Shown in pieces: positions 46,430 through 57,620 of a stretch of DNA of 64,000 nt; positions within the stretch are counted from its first letter, which is position 1; each line of letters starts with the position of its first letter. This DNA is from Guillardia theta CCMP2712. Its lineage: Eukaryota; Protista; Cryptophyta. A program made the position numbers and the translations under genes. Location of the stretch: NCBI RefSeq assembly GCF_000315625.1, contig NW_005434632.1, forward strand, positions 394,909-458,908. The letters are read 5' to 3'. The notes beneath the pieces were generated by a model. That model made no database searches, had not been told where the DNA came from, and was given only the letters and a program-made list of their open reading frames with translations.

Positions 46430-49400
46430 AAGTTAAAAATCAGTACGAGGACAATCAGGAGAGTCGAGGAGGCTTGACCCTGACACTGTCGCACAGGCCA
46501 AACGGCGAGAAGAGAAAAGACAGCGAGAACCAAACCCAATCCTGCCAACTGCTGTCCCCCAAACTTAACTGATACCTTCACTTAACTGCGCGCTGGACAA
46601 TACCCCCCCGCCGCCATGCCAGCGATGTCGCGGTGGCCGCCGCCGAAGGAATGAGACGCATACCGGGATGCACCCGCGATGATGGCAGCGTAGGACAGGG
46701 AGGCCTTGAGCTGACGAAAGATCCTGGACCGGATGCGTTTGCAAGTCGGATCACCTGAGACGTCTTGCGAGGCCGAGAGACCATCCAGCGCTGCCGTTTC
46801 CTTGTTCGCCGAGCGATCCGCCAGCCACCACAGAAAGCGCAACGCATCGTCCTGCAAGAGGCCATCAGTGCTGGCGATGATGGGAAGAAAGGCCTTTGGC
46901 GGGACGTGCTGAGCATATGCATTACGATGCCCTCGGATCTTCCGCTGTGCTGCCGCTTGCAGTTTGCTCCGAGCGAGGTCCGGTATTCCATCATTGTCAA
47001 AAACATGTGACATGCTGAAGTCCAGGATTAACCCATGCCATCCGCCTCCAGTAGCCATCAGTTGTGGAAGTTCAAAGTCCCCTACATGATGATCTTCAGG
47101 GCCATGTTGGGAAACGTTCTGCCTGGTGCCGGGTACGCCCTGCACATGGACGCGGCATCTCACTCCGGAATCTTTGATGAGGGTACTGAGGACGGCATTG
47201 CACTTCTCATGCGCATCAGTCCATAACTGGCTGCGGTGCCTGCAGGTTGCCATGTGTGTGGTCCCCCCAGGATGACGGAGAAGATGATGGCATCTATCGC
47301 AGTGCGGCGGGAGGTCAACCGGCAATCCATGAAGAAAACTTGTCAGCGGCAGCCACCAAGCTGATGGGCTGCTGCTCAAAGATCCCAAGGTTTGTACTTT
47401 CCATGATCGAGTGCCAAATCGTGCGCTGAGGGGTAAACTGAGACAGAAGTTCATCAACCGGGTGGGCTGGTACTCGAAGGGGAGTAGAGAAGCTGGAGTG
47501 GTGTGCCAACAAAGATCTCTGGCGCTCAGAAAGGTGAGCCCGAATACTGCGGAACCGAGGAAACTCCGAGAGGAACTGAGCCGTGAGCTCCCGCTGGGCG
47601 GGGATGAAAAGCGCACTGCCCGACGTCCCAAATAATTCCGGCGAGGGGGTCCAGCCATTGTCGCACGCCTGAGGAAGCTCCGCCAAGGAGGTGTACGCCG
47701 AGATGCCCTGCTCCATCAAGTGCCTGTGAGTGTCTAAGAAGGCAGCCAGCATGGGGACAACATCCCCAGCGTCCGCTTGCTGCGGTTGGCGGATTCGAAG
47801 CTCAGTGTCAGAATTGATCCGGTGGAAAAGTGGCGGTGTAGGTAACATCCAATGCTGGAAGATGGCAATTTCACCCGCCCATTTGAGAAACTTGGCAGTC
47901 GCCGACCAGAATGCGGTGTGGGCCACGCCCTCCTGCGGGGTGAACCCATCTCCTCCAGCACTATAAGGCAACTGACGTTTGAAATAGGCAAAGTGAAGGT
48001 CAGATGGAGGGGTGTCAGGGGCAGGTTGCAGGTCAGATAAACCCTCCTGTGCCTGGTTCTGTGGCCACTGAAACACCTTCGCCAGGAGACGGAGATTCGC
48101 GACGTCAAAGCACTTGCACTGGGCAGCTGTCAAGGCCGGGGAGATTCCACGCAAGAAGTATTGGAGGGTGGGAACGTGGGTCGTTTTCAAGAGCTGCTTG
48201 AGACCCAACGCAATGGGAAATTGTTCCAACTGGGTCAATTCAGCATTGAGGGCATTCACCTTGGCAGTGATAAACTCTTGCTGGAAGGACTGAGATCCTA
48301 TCGGGATACCTCCAAGGATGATCCCCTGGCCGCGGAAGGCAAACTGCTGCAAGCCCGGGTACCTGCTGCAAATATGCTCTTGGATGGCTTGTTGCTGACT
48401 AGATTGAAGTTCGCACCAGGACGAGGAGAATATCTGCGAATCTCTGGGTTGAATCTCCAATCCTAGCTCTTGTTTTAAAGTATCAACCAGCGATGCAGTG
48501 GCCTGTGCGGCAACTGAGAGCTTTCCAATAACAGCCATGTTATCCGCATAGGCCGGGAAGACACAGTCGGGAAAGGTCTCTGCGACTTTGACCAGGGAAG
48601 GGAAGGTGGTGTGCGCAAAGAGAGCCATCGCCAAGGGGTCCCCCTGAGAAACTCCCGTGGTGGCCGAAAAAGCCCGAGTCTCTCGCTGATGTTTCAGAAA
48701 TAACTTACCTGCCTGGCCATAATATTGATGAACATACGGAAGGACTCCTTGGGAAAAGTTTTCACAACGATGCTCGGGAGCAAGGAGGATGTCAAATAGC
48801 CGTTGGCGAGAGATCTCATTGAAGGCATTTCTTGCGTCGATCATGATGATTACCGTGGGATCAAAATTATCAGACTCACCTTCGCCCTGGTCTGGGAATG
48901 GGTTGGCAAAAGAATAGGGTCCTAACAGGCATTCGATGGTCTTGCAGAATTTGAGGCAACCTTCCTCCAGACCCACGCAAAATTGCAGGACCCGAGAGTG
49001 ACTGAGGGTGAAGTGGCTCTCTAAAGATTTTCGGTAGAAACGACAGAAGATGCTAGACACAATCCTTCGCTCCAGGTCCCCTATCACAATAGGTCGGATT
49101 CCGCTCTTTTCCACTGACTTGGCAGCAGGAATGAATCGCCCCCCTCTGGTGTATTCCTCGAGGAAAGCGCCCGAAGGGATTCCCAGCGCGATCGGCTTCA
49201 ATATGAGGTTAATGTATCGCTGTTTGTGATCATCATGCAGTCTGAGAATGTGTCGCAGGTGCTGGAACGGTCGCCAACCAAATTGATCAGGGGCCGAGGA
49301 AGCAGTGAATCGCCGCAGGAATTTCCCTACCTCTCGCTGATCTAAAATCTTGTCAAGCAACGAGACCGGTTCATCGGCGATGGCATCGTCGAGCTGAGCA

Positions 49401-50760
49401 CTTAGCATTTGCCTTGAGGAGCCGACTGCGTCTAGGAGTGTTGGAGGAATGGGGTCCAGTCTCGTCGGAAATTTCTCACGAGTTTGCTGCCATAGCTGCT
49501 CAAATGGATCTGGGGAGAGGCCATGGCCCACAAGCGCCTGTCGAGCTTTCTTCATATCTCGATTTTGGTAATGCTCAACAGCCGAGAGGATTTTCCTTTT
49601 CTCGAACTGCTCGCTCTCCATCACTGGCTGCTGCACGCCCTCTCTCGCACGGTCAGGTCCTTGTGGGCGACCTGCATTTTGACGGTTAGGTTGTTGGCGC
49701 CTACCTTGCGGTGCCCGCGGTCTCGTGCCTCGTCCCGACCCAGTTAGTCCCGCCGTGGGCTGCTGCGTGACATCCTGCGGATCTCCACCGCTGCCAACCG
49801 CTGGGCCGTCTTGGTCAAAGGAAACACCCTCTTCTAGTTTCAGCAATGTCCCCCAACGCCCTTGGAGGAAATGGTGGATACGGTAGCTCACATCTCGGTT
49901 TTGTCGCGAGATTGCAAGAACTGGATTCACTCTCAGCAGGAGCAGTGGGAGACAATGCCACAAGCTCCGGATAATCTAGGCTTCCTCGCAATGCAAGTCA
50001 GGGTAACCTTGTAGCAGGTCTAACGTAAACTGTAGCGCACTCTTCCATTTATCAATCGTCTGGCGATTGGGGTGTTTGATGGTTGTAATGGAAGGATTAC
50101 GAGCCAGGAGTGCCGGAAGCTTATGTGGTCCCTGTTGAGCAAAGAGAGGGAGGGCTCTGTGCCAATTCGACGTACCACAAGGCATGTCTTGCGGACGCAG
50201 ATTATGAAAGTAAGCCGCTGCGCTAGATTGCGTGCCAGGGTCCTCTGGGAAAAGATTTGCCGGTTGAGGAGGGGGCGGTGGGGGTGTAGGATTGACCGTA
50301 GGCTGATCGGTGGGTGTCCGCTGGGAGATGGATCGGCGAAATCTTGCCTGCTTCCGAGGTCTTTGGTTCCCCGAACCTCCTCCAGATCCAGCGGCGGAGG
50401 AGGCAAAGTCATCCTGCGGAGGAGACGCTGCAGAAAGAGATTGCCCTGCCAGCATGTCAGGAGTCCGTAGGGGTTCCTGCTGTGAGCGTGGCTCAGAGTC
50501 AGAGGAGCTCTCTGGGGACACAAGGCCTGTGTAGGAAAGTGGGACGACGAGCCCGGCATGCCAGTCAGTAGAGGATCAACAACAGAACTGTGAGGACGGA
50601 GGACGGCAGGCCGCTTGTGCCGCGCCATGATGTCTCACAGTGATGATGGAAGTGAGAGCGGATCTTCACGCTTCCCTTGTCGCTGTTCCCTCGCTCTCGC
50701 CGTCACCACCGAAATGAAAGTGGCGAGTAGGCGCATTTCCACTCACTTACGCCTGTCCGA
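46430..50760 (-). mobile_element. CRE-clade non-LTR retrotransposon (RT + CCHC + restriction-like endonuclease), decayed; ends approximate
   Basis: RT motifs GIRPIVIG, QFCVG, DARNAFNEISR, GVSQGDPL, YADN and LGGIPIGS. C-terminal CDRC-x10-HMATC, then GDF..LDFSMSH..RKIRGH..FLPIIASTDG (RLE). No APE, integrase or LTRs. Confidence 0.9.
46582..50521 (-). pseudogene. Disrupted single ORF of the CRE element
   Basis: ORFs 49976-50521 and 47315-49963 are in the same frame, separated by one TAG (49976-49978). The RLE domain continues in a shifted frame from ~47360 to 46582. Confidence 0.75.
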
Positions 50761-51564
50761 TTGCCAGGTAGTAGGCTAGAATAACGAACTTCCGAAGTTC
50801 CGGAATCCGATCACGGTGCCCTGGCAACTTGTTTACTACTGGCAGGCCTGATTGAGGAGGGGCGGCTCATGTCGACCGGCCGATCCGGTAGTAGCATAAC
50901 TAGGGATCCACACGACAGTGACCGTCACATATAAGTGATATGAAACTCCAACGACCCCTTGCGGCCACCACAGCCGGAGGCTCCGAGTCGGGGTACGGTC
51001 GCTGTCACCAGTCACTTTACGTGTTTCGAATCATTCGGTACCGTAGTAGTACGGTGGGTCCGTGGGTTTACATCATCATCTTAAAACATTGTCTCATGAC
51101 ACGCCAACATGGGATCCGATCATCATGCGTCAGGGTCTGTGTATTCAATCCTGATTCGTTGGTTGAAGCGGTGGAAGGTGAGGGGTACTCCAAAGCTCGA
51201 TGTCCCAATCTTGGTTGGCGACAAGTTCCTACCAAGAAGTACTACTAGCTAGTAGTTTACTACTGTACCGGCGGTGCCTGTGCTTCCGAGGCTCGGACCG
51301 AGACCTTGTCGGAAGTTCCGCGCGTTCGGCAGATCCCGAAAAAAAACATTGAGGCTTTTTAAAAGCAGGTCATTGCGGAAGGATGGAAGTGATGAGCACG
51401 GGGAGTGGTTAGAGGCTCAAGAAGCAGAGCCTGGCAGACAGCTGAAGAGAGTATGATGATGACAGTGTGATGAGATAGATAGCCCCGTAGCTTGCACTTG
51501 TCAAACCTCATAATCCAAGAAAATGTTGGCTCACTGACTCACCTACAGGCATATCAGCGCGAGC

Positions 51565-53168
51565 ATGACCAAGATCAAGTTTGCTTGCATACCATGCATG
51601 GATGCGAAAGTAAAGTGTGACAACTTCCAGCCATGCTCGAGGTGAGGACCAGTAAGAGAGGAGGTGCCATTTGTTTTATCGTGTCGTGTTTGGAGTGAAG
51701 CGACTCTTTTCTCAACTTGTCATGTGATGGCGGATGCAGATGCGTCAAGCACAACGTGCAAGGGCTTTGTGTCAGACTAAGAGGAGCCAAGCCCTCATCC
51801 TCGAGGAGCTTGGTCGCTTGCGATGCGTGCAGAAGATCCAAGGTCAGGTGCGACGAGGGTCGACCCTGCTCACGCTGCAGGGCTCGATCGAGAGAGGAGG
51901 AGTGCATGTACGAGGATATGGAGCTGATCGTCATAGACGACGGGAGGAAGGATGAGGAGCATTTAGACCTTGTGCTAGTGCATGAGAGGAGGCGGATGGG
52001 AGAGCTATGGGTGGAGAGACCGCTGGACTTCTGGATCCGAAGCATGTCGTTCGACAAGCCGTCAGCTCTACGGGAGCAGATGAACTCAATGGGGTGGCCG
52101 GATCGCGTGCTGGCGAGGCACTGGGAGTTCGGCTTCAGCTCGCAGGAGCTGATGAACACCTTCCTCTGTCTTCCTCCCTACCTGCAGCAGGTGACGCGAC
52201 GAGCGCTGCATGCGGTAGAGATCATCGTGGCAGACAAGATGGAGAGAAGTCGGGGATGGCAAGACCAACTGCTGATGGAAGGAGGCGAGACGGAGACGAA
52301 GCCAGACCTGGAGGTAGACCGAGCCTTCTACGACCAGCAGAGCTTCGGGGTGGTGAAGCAGCATCTGCATCCGTCGACGGGGCAGCGAGCGCACGTGTTT
52401 GTTTCCGATGCCACGTCGAGGCTTGTAGGACTGCATGCGGAGGAGCTGCTGGCGAGGATAGCAAACAGAGAGCTGTCCTTGCTCTCAACTGAGTTCACCT
52501 ACTTCTGTTACGTGATGTTCGGTACCTGGTCCTTTGCAGTCAGACCGGGGCAGCCGATGGCCTTGTTGATGAGGCTTCGAAACTTCAGAGACGAGACGGG
52601 AACAGAGTGTGTGGTCGCGAGGTTGATACAGCAGCAGGAGTTCGATAGCTACGGGCGACCAAGAGCGATAAGGACTTTCCTAGTCCCGGTGAGTCGAGGG
52701 GAGGGGAGAGAGAGTAGAGAGCTGAAGCCAGGGGTGGTGCTTGTTTGGATACAGGGGTCAAGTGAGGGTACCGATCTAACATCCCCTGCTTCCTGCGGGG
52801 CACTGCAGGTTGACAGGGAGGAGTACAAATCAGCTCAGGTGCCGTCAGACAGGTCGACTTCGAGTATCCAGAGGTTCTTGAACGCCGGACGAGACTACGA
52901 GACATGGACCAACGACTTCGTGTCCGACCTGTACGCGGTGAGAACTTCTTTGGGGAAAGGGAGGGAAGGGAGGGAGAGTAGCAGCATGCTGACTGTGCAC
53001 GTACGGTGATGACTGCAGGAAGAGACAATCCTTGGAATGCAGAAGTCGAAGGAAGGGATGGAGCGTCTGTACGCGCTAGGCAGAGAACTTGAGAGGATGT
53101 ACCAGCCGTTCCTGGAGCTGGCGGAGAAGATACTGCAGGAAAGAGTCGGCGAATCATCATGTAGCTAG
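51565..53168 (+). CDS. Transcription factor with two tandem Zn(II)2Cys6 clusters
   Basis: ACIPCMDAKVKCDNFQPCSR|CVKHNVQGLC and ACDACRRSKVRCDEGRPCSRCRARSREEEC. The last exon ends VGESSCS* at 53168. An upstream exon is possible. Confidence 0.85.
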
Positions 53169-53344
53169 ACAATGAGATCTGAGAACACTACCGTACCGTT
53201 CGGTAAAAAGACCTGGGATGACTCGTGACCAGCGGCCCGGGGGGCAGCCCGGCTGAGGGCCGCTGACGCCGGTCACTGGGGTGTATCATCCACAGCTGCG
53301 GCTCGATCCACCACGGTAGACCGTCCCTCGGACACTCAGATGAT

Positions 53345-54060
53345 TTGGGGCCTCTTCCAGTCCCCGACATGATCAGAGCAAGGCCTACTAGCAACGCCTA
53401 CGCGCGCTCGGAGGACAACAGCCTCGACAACAACAACAAGATCTCGCTCACCGACCCCGTGCCGAGGGACGACGGCTCGTATCCGCCGTTGACCGACATC
53501 TCCGACATCTTCCAGCAGGTGGAGAACTACATCCTGAGCGGCGACGTCAGGCCTGGCGTGAAGCGGACGGAGAAGGCGCTCCTCTCCTTCTCGATGACTC
53601 GCTGGTGACCGACTTCCTGGGGCTCGGGTCAGCCTACTTCGACCCCTCCCTCGGGGTTCTGCAGCACACCCTCCCCAACCTCGCAAGTTTACTTCCTAGT
53701 AAACTTAGAGACTTCTATCTTCTGCTTCTCTATCTTCTTCATCCTTACTTTACTCGTGTCGTTGACAATCTCTGTGTTGTGTATACAACACTCCTCCTTC
53801 TTCAACGCCGAGCTCGACCGCATCCTCGGGCCCGTGCTGCACCCGGACGAGGAGCTGGCGGACTGGGGCTACCTGGGCCTGCAGTACGAGTACAGTGACG
53901 GTGCCTTCGAGTCAGGCTACGCCTCCCTGGCCGAACTGGCCTCGGCAGCATTCGCCAGACCCGCTGTCTCAACGTGAACTTCAACACGACCGAGCCCGGC
54001 GTCTCACAGAACCTGGTCTCGCCGCAGGTTGAGCTCTGCGCGCAGGACGGGAGCTGCGAA
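53345..54060 (+). pseudogene. Frameshifted fragment of an unknown protein-coding gene
   Basis: Coding-like GC3-rich text switches frame near 53575 and 53960. An intron-like segment at 53683-53787 lacks a terminal AG. Preceded by a palindrome island. Confidence 0.4.
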
Positions 54061-54149
54061 GTAACTGCTATCATTTTGCTCCCAAGCGTCTCATCAGCTG
54101 AGAAACATCTCGATAAACTCGGAACTTCGCTGCATCAGGAATTGGGATT

Positions 54150-54206
54150 AGTCAAATTAAAATTACGATCAGTCAAATTAAAATTACGATCAGTCAAATT
54201 AAAATT
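54150..54206 (+). repeat. 21-bp tandem repeat (agtcaaattaaaattacgatc), about 2.7 copies
   Basis: Directly visible. Confidence 0.9.
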
Positions 54207-55389
54207 GGGTGCCGACGGCAGAAAACTTTAGTCGTACAATTTCAGCGAGAACAACAAGAGAATTCGAATGTGCAGGATGCACAATTATATATCACCAGCA
54301 ACACGGACTTGGCTCGTTCTTTCTAGCAGCTTGAATTGAATCCTGATCATCGATATCTTACGTGCTTTATTACAAAGTTGCGAAAAATCGAGTTTACGAA
54401 ACTTCCATTTGGTTTAATTCATTCTGATAATCAGTTTCAAAAATTCTCAGAGAATGTATTGACTGGAATTGACAAGTGTTTCTTAGTGTTATGTTGACGA
54501 TGTAGTGATGGTCTCATATGGTACACTGGAGCATCACAAGCAATTGATTCATTGCTCGTTGTTGCAATCAATTGCTCATGTTGCGCTTTCGAGAGGAGAA
54601 ATTGTTCGTCAAAAAGAAAAAGTGTTATTAGGAGATAAAATCTCCTAATTTCTGAATTTCTTAGGTTTCAGAATCCTCTCAGCGATTTACGCCACCTACA
54701 CCGATGTCCCGCTCAGCCCGGCTGGCTCCCAGTGAACGAGTCGGGCAGTGTGCCAGGCTCAGTCCGGACGGAGTCGTGAGCCGCGCGGCCCGGCCGCCGG
54801 CCACCCCCGCGGCCGGGGCCCGGGCGGCCCGGAAACTGTCGGAACTGAAGTTGCCCGGGCCTACCCGGACTTGACAGTAGACATCTGGGGCCTCTCCCAG
54901 TGAAGGGGCAGCATGGCGGTGAGGATGAGCCGAGACGGAGCCGACCGTGCCATGGAAGATGAGAGCGATGGAGAGGGAGGGGACCTGAAGGAAGGGGAAG
55001 AAGGAGAGGAAGGGAGAGGGAGAGGGAGAGGGAGAGGAATGAACGGGGATAGGCAAAGGAAGGAAGAGGAAGGGAGAGGAATGAACAGGGATAGGCAAAC
55101 GAAGGAAGAGGATAGGAAGCAAAGAGGAGAGGAACGGAAGAGAAGAAGAGAACGCTGAAGCAGTTGACATACATGCAAAGAGATCGTCAAGAAGGAGAGA
55201 AGAGAAGAAAGAGAGATAAGAAGCGGTTTCCAAGCTAGCTGCGATCAAAGTTGATGAATGACGAGAAGAGCAACAAACTGATTGATAGGACAAGATATGA
55301 TGAACACGGCATTACTGTCGTTCTGACACTTCCTTCAGCTTTCATGCACGAGGATGGATTGAGTTCAAAGAAATGATCGCGTAAACAAG

Positions 55390-57560
55390 ATGGGACTACG
55401 TTTCAACTTCTTTGCATGCAATCTTCTGATTATACAAACTCTGATAATCATAGCTTATGGCATCATGACAAGACACGATGGGTATGGCACACAGCAGAAG
55501 ATTGATCCGGCCAGGCAAGCGCAGCTCGATCAAGCTCAAGGTCTGTACCTCTTGTTCCCGTTGCACTTGCTAGGTCACGCGCTGCTAACAGCTCTCCGCC
55601 CACCCACGCCTGCTCCCCAAGAGTCTGAGTACGGTCAGCCCGACATGCCCTTCATGTTCGGTTCGTGTGACCAAGACTTGACGTCTCCCTCATGACTCGT
55701 GCCTCAGATTTGAACATGTATACCTTCCTCGGCATGTGCCTCACCATGACGTTCCTGAGGAAATACGCCTACACCTCTCTCACCATGTCCTTCTTGATGA
55801 GCTGCCTGGCGCAAGAGTGGTGCTCGCTCTTGCTGCAATGGATCGACGCCTCCTACTGTGAGAGCTTGAAAACCAAGTTTGCGCTGGTTGGATGTCCGTA
55901 CAGTAAGAACCCAAGTCTCACTCAGGTATCGCCAAGAAGAAGCTTCGCTTCTGTCTCAAGTTTCTTGCTTCACAGTTTGAAAACTATCAACGTACACGCG
56001 CCTGCACGTGCAGTGGACTATCAAGCATAAATGGCTTGCCGCCTTTAGCCCTCCAGATTTCAGGTGAGATGCAGTCGGGTCAAGCAGATAGTCCTGACAC
56101 CTTGTCAAAAGATTTCTTGAAGGGTCAGTATGGAGTTGTTGCTGTCTTGGTCTCCTACGGTGCCCTATTGGGGAAGGTCCTTCTATCTGCAAAACCAAGA
56201 TTTTGCTCTCCTCTGACGTACCGTCGACGACTGTAGGTGAATCCGCAGCAGATGATGCTGATAGTTGTCATCAACGTTGGAGCCTATTGCGGGAACAAGT
56301 TCTTAAGCGTCGATTATCGAGGAGGCGTAGACAACACTGGGAGGTAGGCGCTAGATCTCGAAGCCTTGTAGGAGCCTTCTGAACTTGGGCCTAGTCTTTA
56401 CACCACCCACATCTTTGGAGCTGCTTATGGTATCGGATGTGCCATCGTCGTATCAGGCAAAGGTCTGAGCAAGAACCCGGACAACTCATCGCGATATCAG
56501 AGCAACAATTACGCCATCCTGGGTGCGACGAAGTGTCTTCAAGTGACGTCGCGATGCCCTGACGACGACGTTGCAGGGTCTCTGTTCATGTTTGTGACGT
56601 TCCCTTCCTTCAACTCCTACTGGGCCCCTGCCTCCTTGAGGGTGTTCGTGGCGACCAACACGTTCGCTGCTATGATGGCGGGAGGAATGTTCAACTTCAT
56701 ATGGGCAAATTTGGTCTACCCTGAGGGCCCTACAGTCATGCACCTCCAAGACGGAGTACTTGCGGGTAGGCTGAGCCCCCCCCTTCCCTGCCTCCCATAG
56801 AACCTGACTTGTGCCGACCCCTCCTCCTTCCTCTCCTCCCTAGAGCCCTTGACTCTTGACACTCCGTGCAGCTGGAGTAGCCGCGTCGACTCCAGCGTGT
56901 ATGTTCATCGATCCAGTGTTTATGATGTTGGTCGGTGCTGGTACGACGACGAAGGCATCTGCTGGAGGTTGAGACTGACAGTCATGGCAGGGGGAACGCT
57001 GTTAGCAACCCTCTCGTTCCATTACCTGCAGCCCATCATCGCGGATCAGGACACACAGGGGATCGCGAGCCTGCACCTGATCCCTGGGCTCTGGGGGGCG
57101 ACGGTTATGATCTTTGTGTGCATCTTTGGGATCGACAACAACACTGTGGTGCGTCTCATGGAGCAACAAGAGTTATCACTCTCCCTGCTCAACCTGCTGC
57201 AGACGCTCCGGAACGCGGACCTGATTGACACCATCATGCCGCATTACGGAGACAAATGGGCTTCGACCGAGACGCAGACCATCATCGTTGCTTTCAGCAT
57301 CTTCGTCGGAGGATTGTCAGGAGCAGCTACGGGAGTCGTTGCCAAGCTAACATGTTCGAAGTCAATCTTTCATTACAAGAGCACTGACTCTTGTTGGTTC
57401 ACAGCAAAAATCTCCATTGGAGGAAGCTATTCGGATCATGGTGACATATGGTGACTGCCGAGGAAAATTCCGCTGACATGTGCTTGTCGCAGTTTTCTGG
57501 ATCGTTCCAGACGACTTCACTCACATCGGTGAGGATGATGCTGGCGAGAAGGTTCTGTAG
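55390..57560 (+). CDS. Rh-type (Rhesus) ammonium/CO2 channel, Amt/Mep/Rh family
   Basis: MTFLRKYAYTS, VLVSYGALLGK|VNPQQ, DNTG..THIFGAAYG, GSLFMFVTFPSFNS, HLQDGVLA and DTQGIASLHLIPGLWG match Rh signature segments. TAG at 57558-57560. Confidence 0.88.
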
Positions 57561-57620
57561 AAGAAAGCAATCTTATCGAGAGCTGGCCAACCCTCCCGTC
57601 CTTGACGTCTGGCGCTCTAT

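Noticed and set aside
46430-50760. Group II intron, retron, DGR or LTR element interpretation of the RT
   Set aside because: The RT motifs plus C-terminal CCHC-RLE fit a non-LTR CRE element. No LTRs, integrase, intron domain V or template repeat were seen.
50640-50760. Self-cleaving ribozyme at the element 5' end
   Set aside because: Only a short aggcg/cgcct stem is visible. No HDV or hammerhead core could be matched by eye; an Infernal search is needed.
54150-54206. CRISPR-like repeat
   Set aside because: Head-to-tail 21-mers without spacers, no cas genes, eukaryotic context.
54679-55293. 204-aa minus ORF and 81-aa plus ORF upstream of the Rh gene
   Set aside because: Derived from a GA-rich tract and a palindrome island, with no protein-like features.
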